Source of the DNA: Octopus vulgaris
Lineage: Eukaryota
Assembly (NCBI GenBank): GCA_951406725.2
Contig: OX597820.1
Coordinates: forward strand, 15,066,001-15,130,000
Direction of reading: 5' to 3'
DNA: 64,000 nucleotides
Below the pieces are notes generated by a model that was not told where the DNA came from, ran no database searches, and was given only the letters and a program-made list of their open reading frames with translations. Positions 14,550 to 27,382 of the stretch are shown here, in pieces. The position numbers were made by a program, and so were the translations under genes. The first letter of the stretch is position 1. Every line of letters begins with the position of its first letter.

Positions 14550-15327
14550 ATTTCTTTACTACCCACAAGGGGCTAAACACAGAGAGGACAAATAAGGAGA
14601 GACAAACGGATTAAGTCGATTATATCGACCCCAGTGCATAACTGGTACTTAATTTATCGACCTCGAAAGGATGAAAGGCAAAAAGTCGACCTTGGCAGAA
14701 TTTGAACTCAGAACGTAACGGCAGGCGAAATAGCTATTTCTTTACTACCCACAAGGGGCTAAACACAGAGAGAACAAATAAGGAGAGACAAATGGATTAA
14801 GTCGATTATATTGACCCCAGTGCATAACTGGTACTTAATTTATCGACCCCGAAAGGATGAAAGGCAAAAAGTCGACCTTGGCAGAATTTGAACTCAGAAC
14901 GTAACGGCAGGCGAAATAGCTATTTCTTTACTACCCACAAGGGGCTAAACACAGAGGGGACAAACAAGGACAGACAAACGGATTAAGTCGATTATATCGA
15001 CTCCAGTGCATAACTGGTACTTATTTAATCGACCCCGAAAATGAAAGGCAAAGTTCGACCTCGGCGGAATTTGAACTCAGAACGTAACGACAGACGAAAT
15101 ACCTATTTCTTTATTACCCACAAGGGCTAAACACAGAGGGGACAAACAAGGACAGACAAATGGATTAAGTCAATTACATCGACCCCAGTGCGTAACTGGT
15201 ACTTATTTAATCGACCCCGAAAGGCAAAGTTGACCTCGGCGGAATTTGAACTCACAACGTAACGACAAACGAAATACCGCTACGCATTTCGCCCCGCGTG
15301 CTAACGTTTCTGCCAGCTCGCCGCCTT
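14550..15327 (-). mobile_element. SINE family B tetramer flanked by one 17-bp TSD
   Basis: Four ~185-bp body units with a single head. TSD AAGGTTCCACTGTACCT at 14533-14549 and 15329-15345. Confidence 0.92.
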
Positions 15328-15593
15328 AAAGGTTCCACTGTACCTGTCTTAGAGAAAATTTTACAGCTTTCGCTACAGCACGACTTGTTCCCAATTATGA
15401 GCTGAACAAAATTAATTAATTAATTACTGTATTTACAGCCGCATATGACGCACCCTTATTTTACATGTATATTTTGTGGGGAAAAAATTTAGAATGTTTC
15501 ATCACACACACCCATTGAAAGATGTTATGAGTGATTTTGTGGGGGCGGGGATGCATGGTTTTGTGCATGTAAATACAATACTGTAACAGTATA

Positions 15594-15850
15594 AAAAATA
15601 AATGCGCCCTTTTTAAAGCCTAGCCAGGCTCATGGGCCCGGTTTCCCGGTTTCTATGGCGTATGTGTTCCCCAGCGGACGGGACGCCAGTCCATCACAGC
15701 GTTACTCATTTTTGCCAGTTCAGTGAACTGGAGCAACGTGAAATGAAGTGTTTTGCTCAAGAACACAACGTGTCGCCCGGTCCAGAAATAGGAACCACAA
15801 TCTTACGATCATGATGCTGACACCCTAACCACTAAGCCATGCGCCTCCAC
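15594..15850 (-). mobile_element. SINE family D (tRNA head, CORE-like and V-like domains)
   Basis: Minus strand TGGCTTAGTGGTTAGGG A box, TGTTCTTGAGCAAAACACTT, and GATGGACTGGCGTCCCGTCC. 14-bp TSD ACTGT(A/C)ACAGTATA at 15580-15593 and 15851-15864. Confidence 0.85.
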
Positions 15851-15969
15851 ACTGTCACAGTATACTGGAATAAAACATGGAGTCATTAATTAATCATTTA
15901 TAAACTATGTTATAAGAGTACCATTTTCCAAATTTATCTTCTTTCAAATCAACTATAGAGTTATTTATA

Positions 15970-16536
15970 TTGGGTTGTCCGGAAAGTTCGTGCCGATTTT
16001 TAAAGGAAAATAAAAAGGTCAATAAATACTTGCCATTGCATTTTTAATCAACCAAATATGAACCATTTTGTTGCACAATGCGTCTGCATCTTTTCTTTAA
16101 CTTGAAAACACCCTCTTCCAAGATTTGAGGTGGTTTCATGGCAAAGAATTCATCAAGGTACCTTTTTACGTCATCCCAGGAATTGAAATTTTTACCATTA
16201 AGACTATTCTGCAGAGACCTAAATAAGTGGAAATCCGAAGGAGCAACATCTGGTGAATATGGAGGGTGAGGTAGCACATCCCAGCCGAGCTGCAGCAATT
16301 TTTGTCTGGTTCCCAAAGCTTCAAATGCCGAAAATGAACTTTCTTACTTTCCATTTTAAAGGGTTACAGAATTAACACAGGTTATAGGAACATAAACCTT
16401 CTTCCACGAAAAGATAGATTAAACTGTGCTCTAAATGGAGGTGTAGTGAAATTCTATTTAATGGACACAACCATGTTCTAAAATTAGTCGAAAGGTAAGC
16501 TACTATAAATCGGCACGAACTTTCCGGACAACCCAA
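15970..16536 (-). mobile_element. Mariner internal-deletion derivative (567 bp)
   Basis: Perfect 30-bp TIRs TTGGGTTGTCCGGAAAGTTCGTGCCGATTT with TA flanks. Transposase N-terminus MESKKVHFRH is joined to C-terminal LGWDVLPHPPYSPDVAPSDFHLFRSLQN. Confidence 0.96.
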
Positions 16537-16830
16537 TATTTTGGTCAAGAAATTTGCCACACAGGAAAGCGGGTGAAAGTTTAGGATTTCGTTCATCTTT
16601 GTAGGACAATTTTTATTTAGATAAATAGAAATTGTTTCTTATAGGTAACATAGTCTTTAAACGATGTAAGACACATATAAAGTGTGGGTTATGAATACTG
16701 GGAAAATAGGTATAAGGTGATGATATGATCTATCCACGTAGCGACCGACGTACAGTAAGCAATTTTTATCAAGTTTGTACAAACAGACTGTGATGTTTTG
16801 GTTTGTTTTCAATATTTTATTATTAATACG

Positions 16831-17215
16831 TAGGCGTAGAAGTGGCTGTGTGGTAAGTAGCTTGACTACCAACCCCATGGTTCCGGGTTCAGTCCCACTG
16901 CGTGGTACCTTGGGTAAGTGTCTTCTACTATAGCTTCGGGCCGACCAAAGCCTTGTGAGTGGATATGGTAGAAGGAAACGGAAAGAAGCTCGTCGTATAT
17001 ATGTATATATATATATTTATGTGTGTGTGTGTGTGTTTGTGTTTGTGTGTCTGTGTTTGCCCCCCCCCTACATCGCTTGACAACCGATGGTGGTGTATTT
17101 ACGTCCCCATAACTTAGTGGTTCGGCAAAAGACACTGATAGGATAAGTACTCGGCTTCCAAAGAATAAGTGCTGGGGTCGATTTGCTTAAATGGCTGAAA
17201 CAAGCAAAAGAGTAA
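16831..17215 (+). mobile_element. SINE family A
   Basis: Homology to family A; short 3' deletion. Confidence 0.9.
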
Positions 17216-17458
17216 TACCGATTACTGTTCCCAGTTGAACTTACATTCACTCGGCTCCCTATCCTGTAACTTTCGATCTCCTATCCGTAACAGGACTGCA
17301 TTAAACGAAGAGCAATCGAAAAAACCGTACCTTATACGCCGGCAAATACGACATATCAGCCTGTCCTCATGTGCCTAAATTCTTTCCCATAAACTTTACG
17401 GGGGATCTAATTTCTATTTCAGGTGTATGTCGAAAGGTACTTCATCAGGTGACGAACC

Positions 17459-17885
17459 TATTTCTTTACTGCCCACAAGGGGCTACACACAGAGGGGACA
17501 AACTAGGACAGACACACGGATTAAGTCGATTATATTGACTCCAGTGCTTAACTGGTACTTATTTAATCGACCCCGAAAGGATGAAAGACAAAGTCGACCT
17601 CGGCGAAATTTGAACTCATAACGTAACGGCAGACGAAATACCTATTTCTTTACTACCCACAAGGGGCTAAACACAGAGGGGACAAACAAGGACAGACTCA
17701 GTCGATTATATCGACCCCCAGTGCGTAACTGGTACTTAATTTATCGACCCCGAAAGGATGAAGGTCAAAGTCGACCTCGGCGGAATTTGAACTCAGAACG
17801 TAACGGCAGACGAAATACGGCTACGCATTTCGCCCGGCGTGCTGACGTTTCTGCCAGCTTGCCGCCTTGCCCAGCTCGCCGCCCT
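17459..17885 (-). mobile_element. SINE family B dimer with 12-bp TSD
   Basis: Two body units and a short head duplication. TSD AGGTGAC(G/A)AACC at 17447-17458 and 17887-17898. Confidence 0.9.
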
Positions 17886-18463
17886 GAGGTGACAAACCAA
17901 TGGATCACGTAACCCGCCTAGTTGTCGTGTGCCACTCGAAGCTACGTTCACTGTGACGAATACAGTCTGCCAAGCGACGCTGAGTTATGGGTTTATGAAC
18001 TTAGAGACCAAATTTATATACAATAGACAAAACACACTTCTAATACAATAGGTTAAGGAGTTTATATTACAATGAAAGACACGAAATCTCTCGCTCGCTC
18101 GCTCGCTCGCTTGCACATTTGATCTGTGTGTGTTTGTGTATGTCTGTGCGTGTGCGTATGCGTGTGTGTGTGTGAGTGTGAAAAATAGGAGAGGGAGGAG
18201 GCCGTAGCAGGTGGAAGGGGAACTACAGCTGGCAGCTGCTTCTTTTGTTGTCGAAACCTGTTGCTAATCTGACGTCACTACTTTACGTTGAGTGATACGT
18301 TTAAACCTCCTCCAACAGAGTGGAAAGTATATTAGGAGAACAGAGAGAGAGAGAGAGAGAGAGGGGGGAGAGACAGACAGACAGTGTGTGTGTGTGTGTA
18401 TGTGTGTGTGTGTGTGCGCGCGCATGTGTATAGAAATAATAATTGACAGAAAGCAGGCCATCA

Positions 18464-18826
18464 AGTTGGCAGAATCTTTAACACGCCGGGCGAAATGCTT
18501 AGCGGTATTTCGTCTGTCGTTACGTTCTGAGTTCAAATTCCGCCGGGGTCGACTTTGCCTTTCATCATTTCGGGGTCGATAAATTAAGTACCAGTTACGC
18601 ACTGGGGTCGATATCTTCGACTTAATCTATTTATCTGTCCTTGTTTGTCCTCTGTGTTTAGCCCCTTGTGCGTAGTAAAGAAATAGGCATGTCGGCTGTC
18701 TTTATGTTTTGAGTTCAAATATCCTTTTGGTTCGATATATTAAGTACCAGATGCGTACTGGAGTCGATTTAATCGACTGGCCCTCTCCCCACAAATTTCA
18801 GGCCTTGTGCCTAGAGTAGAAAAGAT
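18464..18826 (+). mobile_element. SINE family B plus diverged second unit ending in (ATT)n
   Basis: Homology to family B; the second unit has the variant tail GGCCTTGTGCCTAGAGTAGAAAAGATTATT. Confidence 0.85.
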
Positions 18827-18840
18827 TATTATTATTTTTA

Positions 18841-18902
<62 letters not shown>

Positions 18903-19046
18903 TAAATCACCTTTGATTCGATCCCATACACTTAAACTTTCGTAGGCTCCTTACAGAAACCCAACTCATATATATATATATATACATACACACACACATA
19001 CATACATGCATACATACATACGTACATACATACATACATACATACA

Positions 19047-19854
19047 TCACATCACACTTTGAAGGCTATGCGTTTGCAGTCCAGAAACAGATTGCCACAA
19101 AGTACCTGGTGAACAAGAGAGACAGAGACGCTCTTGTAATCCCAAGGTGCAATCGCATGTATAGGCTATGTCATGTTTCTGTGGAAGACATCACGCATGT
19201 GATTAGCAGCTGTCCTAACATGCCGTCACGGTACTACCTCCCTATGCGGCACGATGTTGTCGCTAAAACAATTTACAATGCCACCCGCAAAAAAAGATTG
19301 TTCTGAAATAAACTTAGAAAATCCCTCTGTTATGGAATACATTCATAAACACTAACTCAAAGAATACTAGTGCAATATTCCCATCAAAACTTCTGTCAAA
19401 TGTAAACATAATAGGCTGGATATTGTTGTTTGGAACAGATGGGCAAAGGTACGAACCGTCATAGAGGTCAGCTGCTCTCCAGATATAAATATCTCTTTGA
19501 AAGTCAAAGAAAAAGAGGATATCTATGGACAGCTGCCTCGAAACCTCCAGCTTCTATCTCCAGACTATGAGTTTATATTCATACCAATAATAATTGGAGC
19601 ACTAGATTTTGTTAGTAAATGCTTAAAGGAGACTCTGGATAAACTGGGATTTTCAGAAAGAAAAATCGACCGGTTGATTCGTACATTACAAGTGCAATCT
19701 GTGAGTGGAACAGTAAAAATATGCAAGGCTTTTGTCAAGTTCTAAATGTGAATTTGTCTGTGTTAACTACATCCCAAAGATGGAGTCTTGTATCGTTGTT
19801 GGAAACCGGCTCCCTCCTCAGTTGCAGATTTATAATAATTAAAAGATAGAAGAG
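19047..19854 (+). mobile_element. 5'-truncated, decayed RLE-type non-LTR retrotransposon (R4/Dong-like) embedded in (TACA)n
   Basis: Translates to EGYAFAVQ, (Y)RLC..EDITHVISSC (CCHC knuckle), RHD, NRLDIVVW, KEKEDIY, IPIIIGAL, with frameshifts/stops; (CATA)n on both flanks. Confidence 0.88.
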
Positions 19855-19984
19855 ACATACATACATACATACATACATACATACATACATACGTACATAC
19901 ATACATACATACATACATACATACATACATACATACATACATACATACACATATCTATATACATATTTACACGCACAAATATTA

Positions 19985-20165
19985 TTATTATGTATCGCTC
20001 ACGGTGGCGATGCAGAGAATAGAGTTTCAGCTGTTTAAGTCGAGTCCAATAATCAAGTCTCATCATGCCATTTATTTTTTTAGTGATTGACCTTCGTGGC
20101 GCTTCGATCCCCATTTTGTCTTGTTTGGGGAAGGTAGACCACAATGGGCAGCAGTGTTAGAGGTG
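19985..20165 (-). mobile_element. CR1/Jockey-group LINE ORF2 C-terminal fragment
   Basis: HCCPLWS...RRSITKKINGMMRLDYWTRLKQLKLYSLHRHRERYIII matches the post-RT YxxRLxxLxLxSLxxRR motif. Confidence 0.8.
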
Positions 20166-20319
20166 GGGACTAGTGAATGTGAAGAAGCGAAAGATGGTGG
20201 TTTCATGATCCCTAGATTGAAAAGTTCTGAGGATCCATGAACACATTCTGCAGGCAACATCGACGTTTTTGTTGATGTGCACACTCCAGCTAAGGTTACT
20301 GTCGCCAGTTCCACCAATA

Positions 20320-20415
<96 letters not shown>

Positions 20416-20519
20416 GATTATTGTTATTATTATTATTATTATTTAAGCAGAAAGCTCTGAGTAGCAATGAATATTTTATATCAGCTTATATTATTAAATA
20501 CATACATACATACATACAT

Positions 20520-20576
<57 letters not shown>

Positions 20577-21142
20577 TAGATAGATAGATAGATATGTATG
20601 TAAGCCTGTACGCTTATCTATCGAACACTCTATTTTTGTTCGCGCAATCATTCTTTATTTCACTAACGCTGCTACGCCGTGTGGCTGTGTAATTGTATAT
20701 CATGAGATTAAGTGATTATGTTACAGGATTTGTGATAAATCGAAGTATATTGCATAGCAGAACACACTTCATAACGAAAATCCATTCAATCAATTATAGA
20801 TTTGTACAACTCATCAAAGAATATTCCTAGCCCTTCCAATAAATATTACTTCTAAAAGACACTGGGGAGAAAAAAAAAAGGAAAGTGTTCTTCTTGGAAT
20901 TTCTGAGGAAAAATATAATATACAAATATGTAACTAGCCCCACATCCCATATAGGGCAAATATTTTTAAACTGAGGGTGTCGTTCTACTATTTCTTCGAA
21001 TTTGTCATCGGGCGCTGAGACATTGACTCCTGCATTCAGAAAAGGAACGCACAGCTCTCACAACACATCGGCGTTGACTATAAATTATGTACTTAAATTT
21101 ACCAAAATTATGTACCTAAAAATCCCTTCGAATTCTGCACTT

Positions 21143-21540
21143 TGTGGTAAGTAGCTTGCTTACCAACCACATGGTTCTGGGGTTCAGTCCCACAGCGTGA
21201 AACCTTGGGCATGTGTCTTCTACTATAGCCTGAGGTCGACCAAAGCCTTGTGACTAGATTTGGTTGACGGAAGCTGAAAGAAGTCCGTCGTATATTTGTT
21301 TATGTATATATATATGCGTGTATGTGTGTGTTTGTCTCCCCCAGCATCGCTTAACAACCGATGGTGGTGTGTTTACGTCCCCGTAACTTAGTGGTTAGGT
21401 AAAAGAGACCGATAGAATAAGTACTAGGCTTACAAAGAATAAGTCCTAGGGTAGATTGGCTCGACTAAAGGCGGTGCTCCAGCATGGCTGCAGTCAAATG
21501 ACTGAAACAAGTAAAAGAGTAAAAGAGAGTAAAGAGAGTA
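21143..21540 (+). mobile_element. SINE family A
   Basis: Homology to family A. Confidence 0.9.
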
Positions 21541-21562
21541 TATATACATATATATATTTATG

Positions 21563-21630
<68 letters not shown>

Positions 21631-21702
21631 GCAATTGGAAGGCAGACACAAACAGGTAAGAGAGAATGAATTGACGGCAATCTATCATACAATTTTAAGT
21701 TA

Positions 21703-21802
21703 TCTACGGACGCACGTTTCGAAATCAAGTTTTTAGGAAAGCATAAGAATTAAATATTAAATAATTCTACCTTACCCAAACTTCTTTTCTCTTCAGCGTA
21801 GA
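21703..21802 (-). ncRNA. Type I hammerhead ribozyme (inverted copy of 22170-22269)
   Basis: Reverse complement of the plus-strand motif within the inverted arm. Confidence 0.8.
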
Positions 21803-22169
21803 ATACTATAATCATAAATGATTATATATTGAATTTTGAGATGCTAAACCCTTTATTGCTTAGTATTACTTAAATTTTCCTCGAATGAGGCTTTTACATG
21901 CCGAAGACTACTTGGTGTAATTGATAATTATTCCAAATTAATTAATTTCACCCTTCATTATTACGGATAACCATATTTTATCTCAGTAGATGACCACAGC
22001 ATCTTGTTTTGGCTACACGCGGGTGGGAGGGGCTGGTGACACAATCTTTTCATTCACACTTTGAATTTGGTGATACTAGTTGCGGATTCTAGCTCGCTCT
22101 GATACTGAGTTGAGTTGGTGCCTTCTAGTATCTCAAAATTCAATATATAATCATTTATGATTATAGTAT

Positions 22170-22269
22170 TCTACGCTGAAGAGAAAAGAAGTTTGGGTAA
22201 GGTAGAATTATTTAATATTTAATTCTTATGCTTTCCTAAAAACTTGATTTCGAAACGTGCGTCCGTAGA
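22170..22269 (+). ncRNA. Type I hammerhead ribozyme with canonical core and long stem II
   Basis: TCTACG CTGAAGA [GAAA...TTTC, 69-nt hairpin] GAAA CGTGCG TC CGTAGA; 6-bp stem I; predicted cleavage after C22263. Confidence 0.82.
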
Positions 22270-22456
22270 TAACTGAAAATTGTATGATAGATTGCCGTCA
22301 ATTCATTCTCTCTTACCTGTTTGTGTCTGCCTTCCAATTGCTGTGTTTTTACTGAGATCTCCCTTTTTAGTAGAAGAAATAGCTATAACTCTTTGACTGC
22401 TATTTCTAAATTCGGTCTGTGGTAAGGCAATTCGTTGCTAAACCCTTTATTGCTTA

Positions 22457-22622
<166 letters not shown>

Positions 22623-22650
22623 TGTATGTATGTATGTATGTATGTATATA

Positions 22651-22753
22651 TACGACGAGCTTCTTTCAGTTTCCGTCTACCGAATCCACTCATAAAGCTT
22701 TGGTTGGCCCGAAGCTATAGCAGAAAAGTTTCGTACCGTACAGCCACGCCCGC
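22651..22753 (-). mobile_element. SINE family A fragment
   Basis: GACGAGCTTCTTTCAGTTTCCGTCTACC...GCTATAG homology. Confidence 0.75.
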
Positions 22754-22759
22754 CAAGGC

Positions 22760-22972
22760 AAATCAAAAATATAAACAAGATCTGGAAAAACAACAACAGT
22801 CAAAGGGACATACATAATGAATGCATTAGATTGACGCTCAGAGAAAGTTTAAGATGGAAAAAAGATGGCATACGACGTTCTGAGTATGGCTCTCCGTCAG
22901 AAAAAGGAAAGAGGAAAAGCCCGGAGAGAAGGAAAATAATATTTCGAGAAAAGCACGCCTGTCGTTACATGG
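22760..22972 (-). mobile_element. Penelope-like relic with degenerate hammerhead
   Basis: Minus strand CTGACGGA GAGC CAT ACTC AGAA CG TC; shares the GACGCTCAG motif with elements at 37428 and 60302. Confidence 0.5.
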
Positions 22973-23016
<44 letters not shown>

Positions 23017-23019
23017 TAT

Positions 23020-23185
23020 ATTTAAAGCAGCAGAAAATTCAACAAAATATGAGTTCCGTTGCCATATCGGACATAGCAAAAACTGTATGAATTTTATGCT
23101 GCTTTAAATAAAGCATATTACTCTACCACTGGTATTTGAGTACTCTTTTTTCCACCTTGTTTCACATTTATGTGTTTACTCCGGT
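23020..23185. mobile_element. Second copy of the 8884 fold-back family with a different loop
   Basis: Arms TTTAAAGCAGCAGAAAATTC / GAATTTTATGCTGCTTTAAA; 3' part matches 8955-9051. Confidence 0.75.
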
Positions 23186-23640
23186 ATATATATATATATT
23201 ATTCTTGAAAACGAATATTACTGATAGGGACATCGAAGTTTCGGCCGGTTAAGTCAATGATATTCTTGTTTAAGAACAAATTTGTTAAGAATAAATTTCT
23301 ACTCTACAAAAGTATAAAGCAACTCATCAGATTAATGTAAAATTGTTATTAGAACTGGACATAAACAAACATTAATACACACACACTCACACACTCACAC
23401 ACACTCACACGCTCACACACACACGCGCGCGCGCACATAAACTATCCAATCAAAATTTCTCTTAGTACATCAAAGTTTTTGAAAATAAAGTTATACTTAA
23501 CATATGGGCCCTCCCCCACTCCAGTTATGAATGACTTTGGAATTGCTCACCCCAGGTACAACTCCGGGCAAGGTTGTTAATGGAAGACCAGCAGCCATCC
23601 GTGCGTTGAAGAAAAGTTGGATGGTAATGGGGTAGCCTGA

Positions 23641-23872
23641 AGGTGGTGAGCTGGCAGAAACGTTAGTACGCCGGGCAAAATGTTTAGCGGTATTTCGTCT
23701 GCCGTTACGTTCTGAGTTCAAATTCCGCCGAGGTCGACTTTGCCTTTCATTCTTTCGGAGTCGATTAAATAAGTACCAGTTACGCACTGGGGTCGATATA
23801 ATCGACTTAATCCGTTTGCTTGTCCTTGTTTGTCCTCTGTGTGTTTAGCCCCTTGTGGGTAGTAAAGAAATA
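23641..23872 (+). mobile_element. SINE family B monomer with 15-bp TSD
   Basis: Full length. TSD GGTAATGG(G/A)GTAGCC at 23623-23637 and 23873-23887. Confidence 0.93.
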
Positions 23873-24276
23873 GGTAATGGAGTAGCCAAAATGATGTGAT
23901 AGATGTAAAAAAAATATATGTTAATTGGTTAATTAGTTTTAAGTTTTATTTGTGAAATAAAGTTGTTTTAAATTTGCTGCAGAAAGTGGTCTATATTTGC
24001 GGGGAGGGGCGAAGGTCACGCTAGGAATGTAGCCTAGGTGCCAAAGGAGCGGCAGCCTGAAAAAGTATGGGAATTACTGTACTAACAGACACTTTACCAG
24101 AACTTTTCGTATGTTTTCGAATATTGTAGTTGAACCGAAACAATTATTTTGCTAATTAATTATTTTGCTTAATTAAAAGCTTCCTTCAGTAGGAAGATCA
24201 GAGAAGCCATTTCCAATAGTTGATGTCTTTTCAGATATACACAGAGAACTTCTTTCTTCGCATAATCAATCGGTAT

Positions 24277-24526
24277 ATTCCTTTATTCTTTTATTCCTTT
24301 ATTCTTTTATTCCTTTATTCTTTTATTCTTTTATTCTTTTACTTGTTTCAGTCATTTGACTGCGGTCATGCTGGAGCACTGCCTTAAAGGATTTTTTAGT
24401 CGAAGAAATCGACCCCAGGACTTACTCTTTGTAAGTCTAATACTTATTCTATCGGGGTCTTTTGCCGAACCGCTAAGTTACGGGGACCTAAACACACCAG
24501 CATCGGTTGTCAAGCGATGTGGTGGG

Positions 24527-24584
<58 letters not shown>

Positions 24585-24752
24585 CATACGACGGGCTTCT
24601 TTCAGTTTCCGTCTACCAAATCCACTCACAAGGCTTTGGTCGGTCTGAGGGCATAGTAGAAGACACTTGCCCAAGGTGCAACCCAATGGAACTGAACCCG
24701 TAACCATGTGGTTGGTAAGCAAGCTTCTTACCACACGGCCACACCTGCGCCT
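24277..24752 (-). mobile_element. SINE family A with expanded 8-bp tail repeats
   Basis: Full-length homology; (TTTATTC(C/T))n tail at 24277-24340. Confidence 0.9.
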
Positions 24753-24763
24753 ATGCATATATC

Positions 24764-24970
24764 TTTTATTTTTTATTTGTTCCAATCATTTAACTACCGC
24801 ACTGCCTTAAGGAATTTTTAGACGAATGAATCGACCCAACTACTTAGGTTTTTAAAGCCTGGTACTTTCTGTATCGGTGTCTTTCACCGGACAGAAGCAC
24901 ACCAACTCCGGTTGTCAAGCAGTGATGAGAGGCAAACACAGACACAAACGCACACAAGCATATACATACA
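24764..24970 (-). mobile_element. SINE family A, diverged 3' half
   Basis: CGGTTGTCAAGC...GGCAAACACAGACACA and TCGACCC motifs. Confidence 0.7.
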
Positions 24971-24978
24971 CGTAAATA

Positions 24979-25412
24979 TGGAGGGACGTCAGAAAGGGCA
25001 TCGCTGTTACACTTCCAGATGGGAAGGGTCTTCCTATGATGCTGACATGCAGTGTCTGTGCAAGACCCTGTCTCAGTAAAGCTGGACTCAAGAGTCATCT
25101 TCGTAGTCATAAAGCGAGACAGATGAGTGACAACTTGGCCACTGGTGGTGGTGTTACACACCATACTAATCATATCTGTCAGGCATGTAGAAGAGAGTGT
25201 AATTCGGCAGGAGAACTTAAACGACATGAAAAGGTACATGAAGCCAAGTTACAACAACAGCTGGCTATTGCCGGTAAAGGTTTTAGCTGCCAATTCTGTA
25301 CAAGACATTGTAGATCTTTAGCTGGGCTAAAAAGTCACATTCGATCACAGCACCAATAACAGTTAAGCTTTCGTGCAATGGCCATACTCGATAACGAGGG
25401 GGCAGCCATCAT
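24979..25412 (+). mobile_element. 5'-truncated RTE-like LINE 3' end encoding three C2H2 zinc fingers
   Basis: Open frame from WRDVRKGI through CSVC..HLRSH, CQAC..HEKVH and CQFC..HIRSQH to a stop at 25359, followed by a short 3' UTR with hairpin CTCGATAACGAG. RTE assignment is inferred from the WR motif, AGLxSHxR finger and tail. Confidence 0.7.
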
Positions 25413-25427
25413 ATTTATATATATAAA

Positions 25428-25508
25428 TTCATTTGACTTAAAATTCTTAAAGGCAATACCCCAGCATGGCCGCAGTCTAATGACTGAGACAGCTAAAAGA
25501 TATAAATA
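25428..25508 (+). mobile_element. SINE family A 3' end
   Basis: CCCAGCATGGCCGCAGTCTAATGACTGA motif. Confidence 0.7.
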
Positions 25509-25559
25509 TATGTCCATCACCAACGAAACTTTGAAGTTACTATCAACACCATTATAATA

Positions 25560-25955
25560 TTGGGTTGTCCAGAAAGTTCGTGCCGATTTATAGTAGCTTA
25601 CATTTCAACTAATTTTAGAACATGGTTGAGTCCATAAAATAGGATTTGACTACACCTCCATTTAGAGCACAGTTTAAGCTATCTTTTCGTGGAAGAACGT
25701 TTATGTTCCTATAACCTGTGTTAATTCTGTAACCCTTTAAAATGGAAAGTAAGAAAGGTCATTTTCGGCACTTGATGTTTTGGGAACCAGACAAAAATTG
25801 CTGCAGCTCGGCTGGGATGTGTTACCCCACCCTCCATATTTACCAGATATTGCAACAAAATGGTTCATATTTGGTTGATTAAAAATGTAATTGCAAGTAT
25901 TTATTGACCTTTTTCTTTCCTTTAAAAATCGGCACGAACTTTCCGGACAACCCAA
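25560..25955 (+). mobile_element. Mariner deletion derivative (396 bp), same family as 15970-16536
   Basis: 30-bp TIRs (one mismatch), TA flanks, same first deletion junction plus a second deletion. Confidence 0.95.
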
Positions 25956-26421
25956 TATTAGGCTCCACATACATATTATGTTCTTCGTTCAGTTATTCTT
26001 TATTATTTTTATGCATTTAAAACATTCATTTTTAGTGTATATGAGAATGTTGATGTCTAAGTCTATGTGTGCGTAAATATGAATGTATACAATTACATAT
26101 AAAAATAACTTATTTATACACACATGAAATCAATCAGTTATTGCTAATAACTCTATGTGACAAGCGAAAGAGAATTTAAAAAAATACAAAAACATAAAGA
26201 TTAGAATCGGGTGGGGTTTAGTTATAAATTAGAAATGAGAAACGAAAAGAAACAAAATGGCTGTCGAGTCTATTTTTTGCTCATACACCGCCACATTTCT
26301 GGTCGAAGGCTGGTTTTGATTTTCATCTTGTTGATCAATAAATAATCTGGTCTGTTGATATAAACAAAATATATTTTATTTTATTCTTTCTTTATTTTTC
26401 GTTGTTTATTATTTCTTTATA

Positions 26422-26453
<32 letters not shown>

Positions 26454-26597
26454 TTTATATATTTTTTACTGATTGATGTTATCAGAACCAACGACAAGCG
26501 GCTAATTATAAAATGGCACCGAACAGAACACAAAAAAAGGGATCGAAACATATATATATGCAATGATATATATTTATACATATTATACATACATACA

Positions 26598-26630
<33 letters not shown>

Positions 26631-26830
26631 GCGTACATATATGTGTATATGTATGTGTACATATATATACATATATATATATACATATATACGTATATAT
26701 ATATGTGTGTACATATACACACACAAATGTATACATGGGAGTATGTGTGTGTGTGCGTATGTGTGTCTGTGTATCTGTGTGTGTATGTGTGTGCGTGTGT
26801 GTGTGTTTGTGTGTGTGTGTGTCTGTGTGT

Positions 26831-26925
<95 letters not shown>

Positions 26926-27328
26926 TGCAAACAAACATACATGTATCAGATATGTTTGGGACTAGCGTGTACGAAAGCTGTGTTAATTATCGTGTCAAAC
27001 AGAGAAATAATTTTTAAAAAAAAAGAAGAAAAAAATGGTTGTGGTATTACAAACATGGAAAACGTGATGACAGTGGAGAGTAGAAAAGGAAAAAATAAAA
27101 ATATATTTGAATATCGATTAAGAACGATGAGAAAGTGAAATAGATATTGTCTCGTGTTGAATGACAATTGTAAAGGAAAATACGTAGAACTATTCGGATG
27201 ATGTTAATTGTTATATGATAATGTCGGCTTTATTTGATGAATGCAAATAAAAACGTTATTCAAGCAATGTGGATCAAGAGTCATGCATGTTTGTGGTCAT
27301 GTGATCATGCCAATATGTAACGACTGCT

Positions 27329-27380
<52 letters not shown>

Positions 27381-27382
<2 letters not shown>

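Noticed and set aside
14550-15327. CRISPR-like array of regular repeats
   Set aside because: Units are ~185-bp SINE bodies without unique spacers; eukaryotic context and no cas genes.
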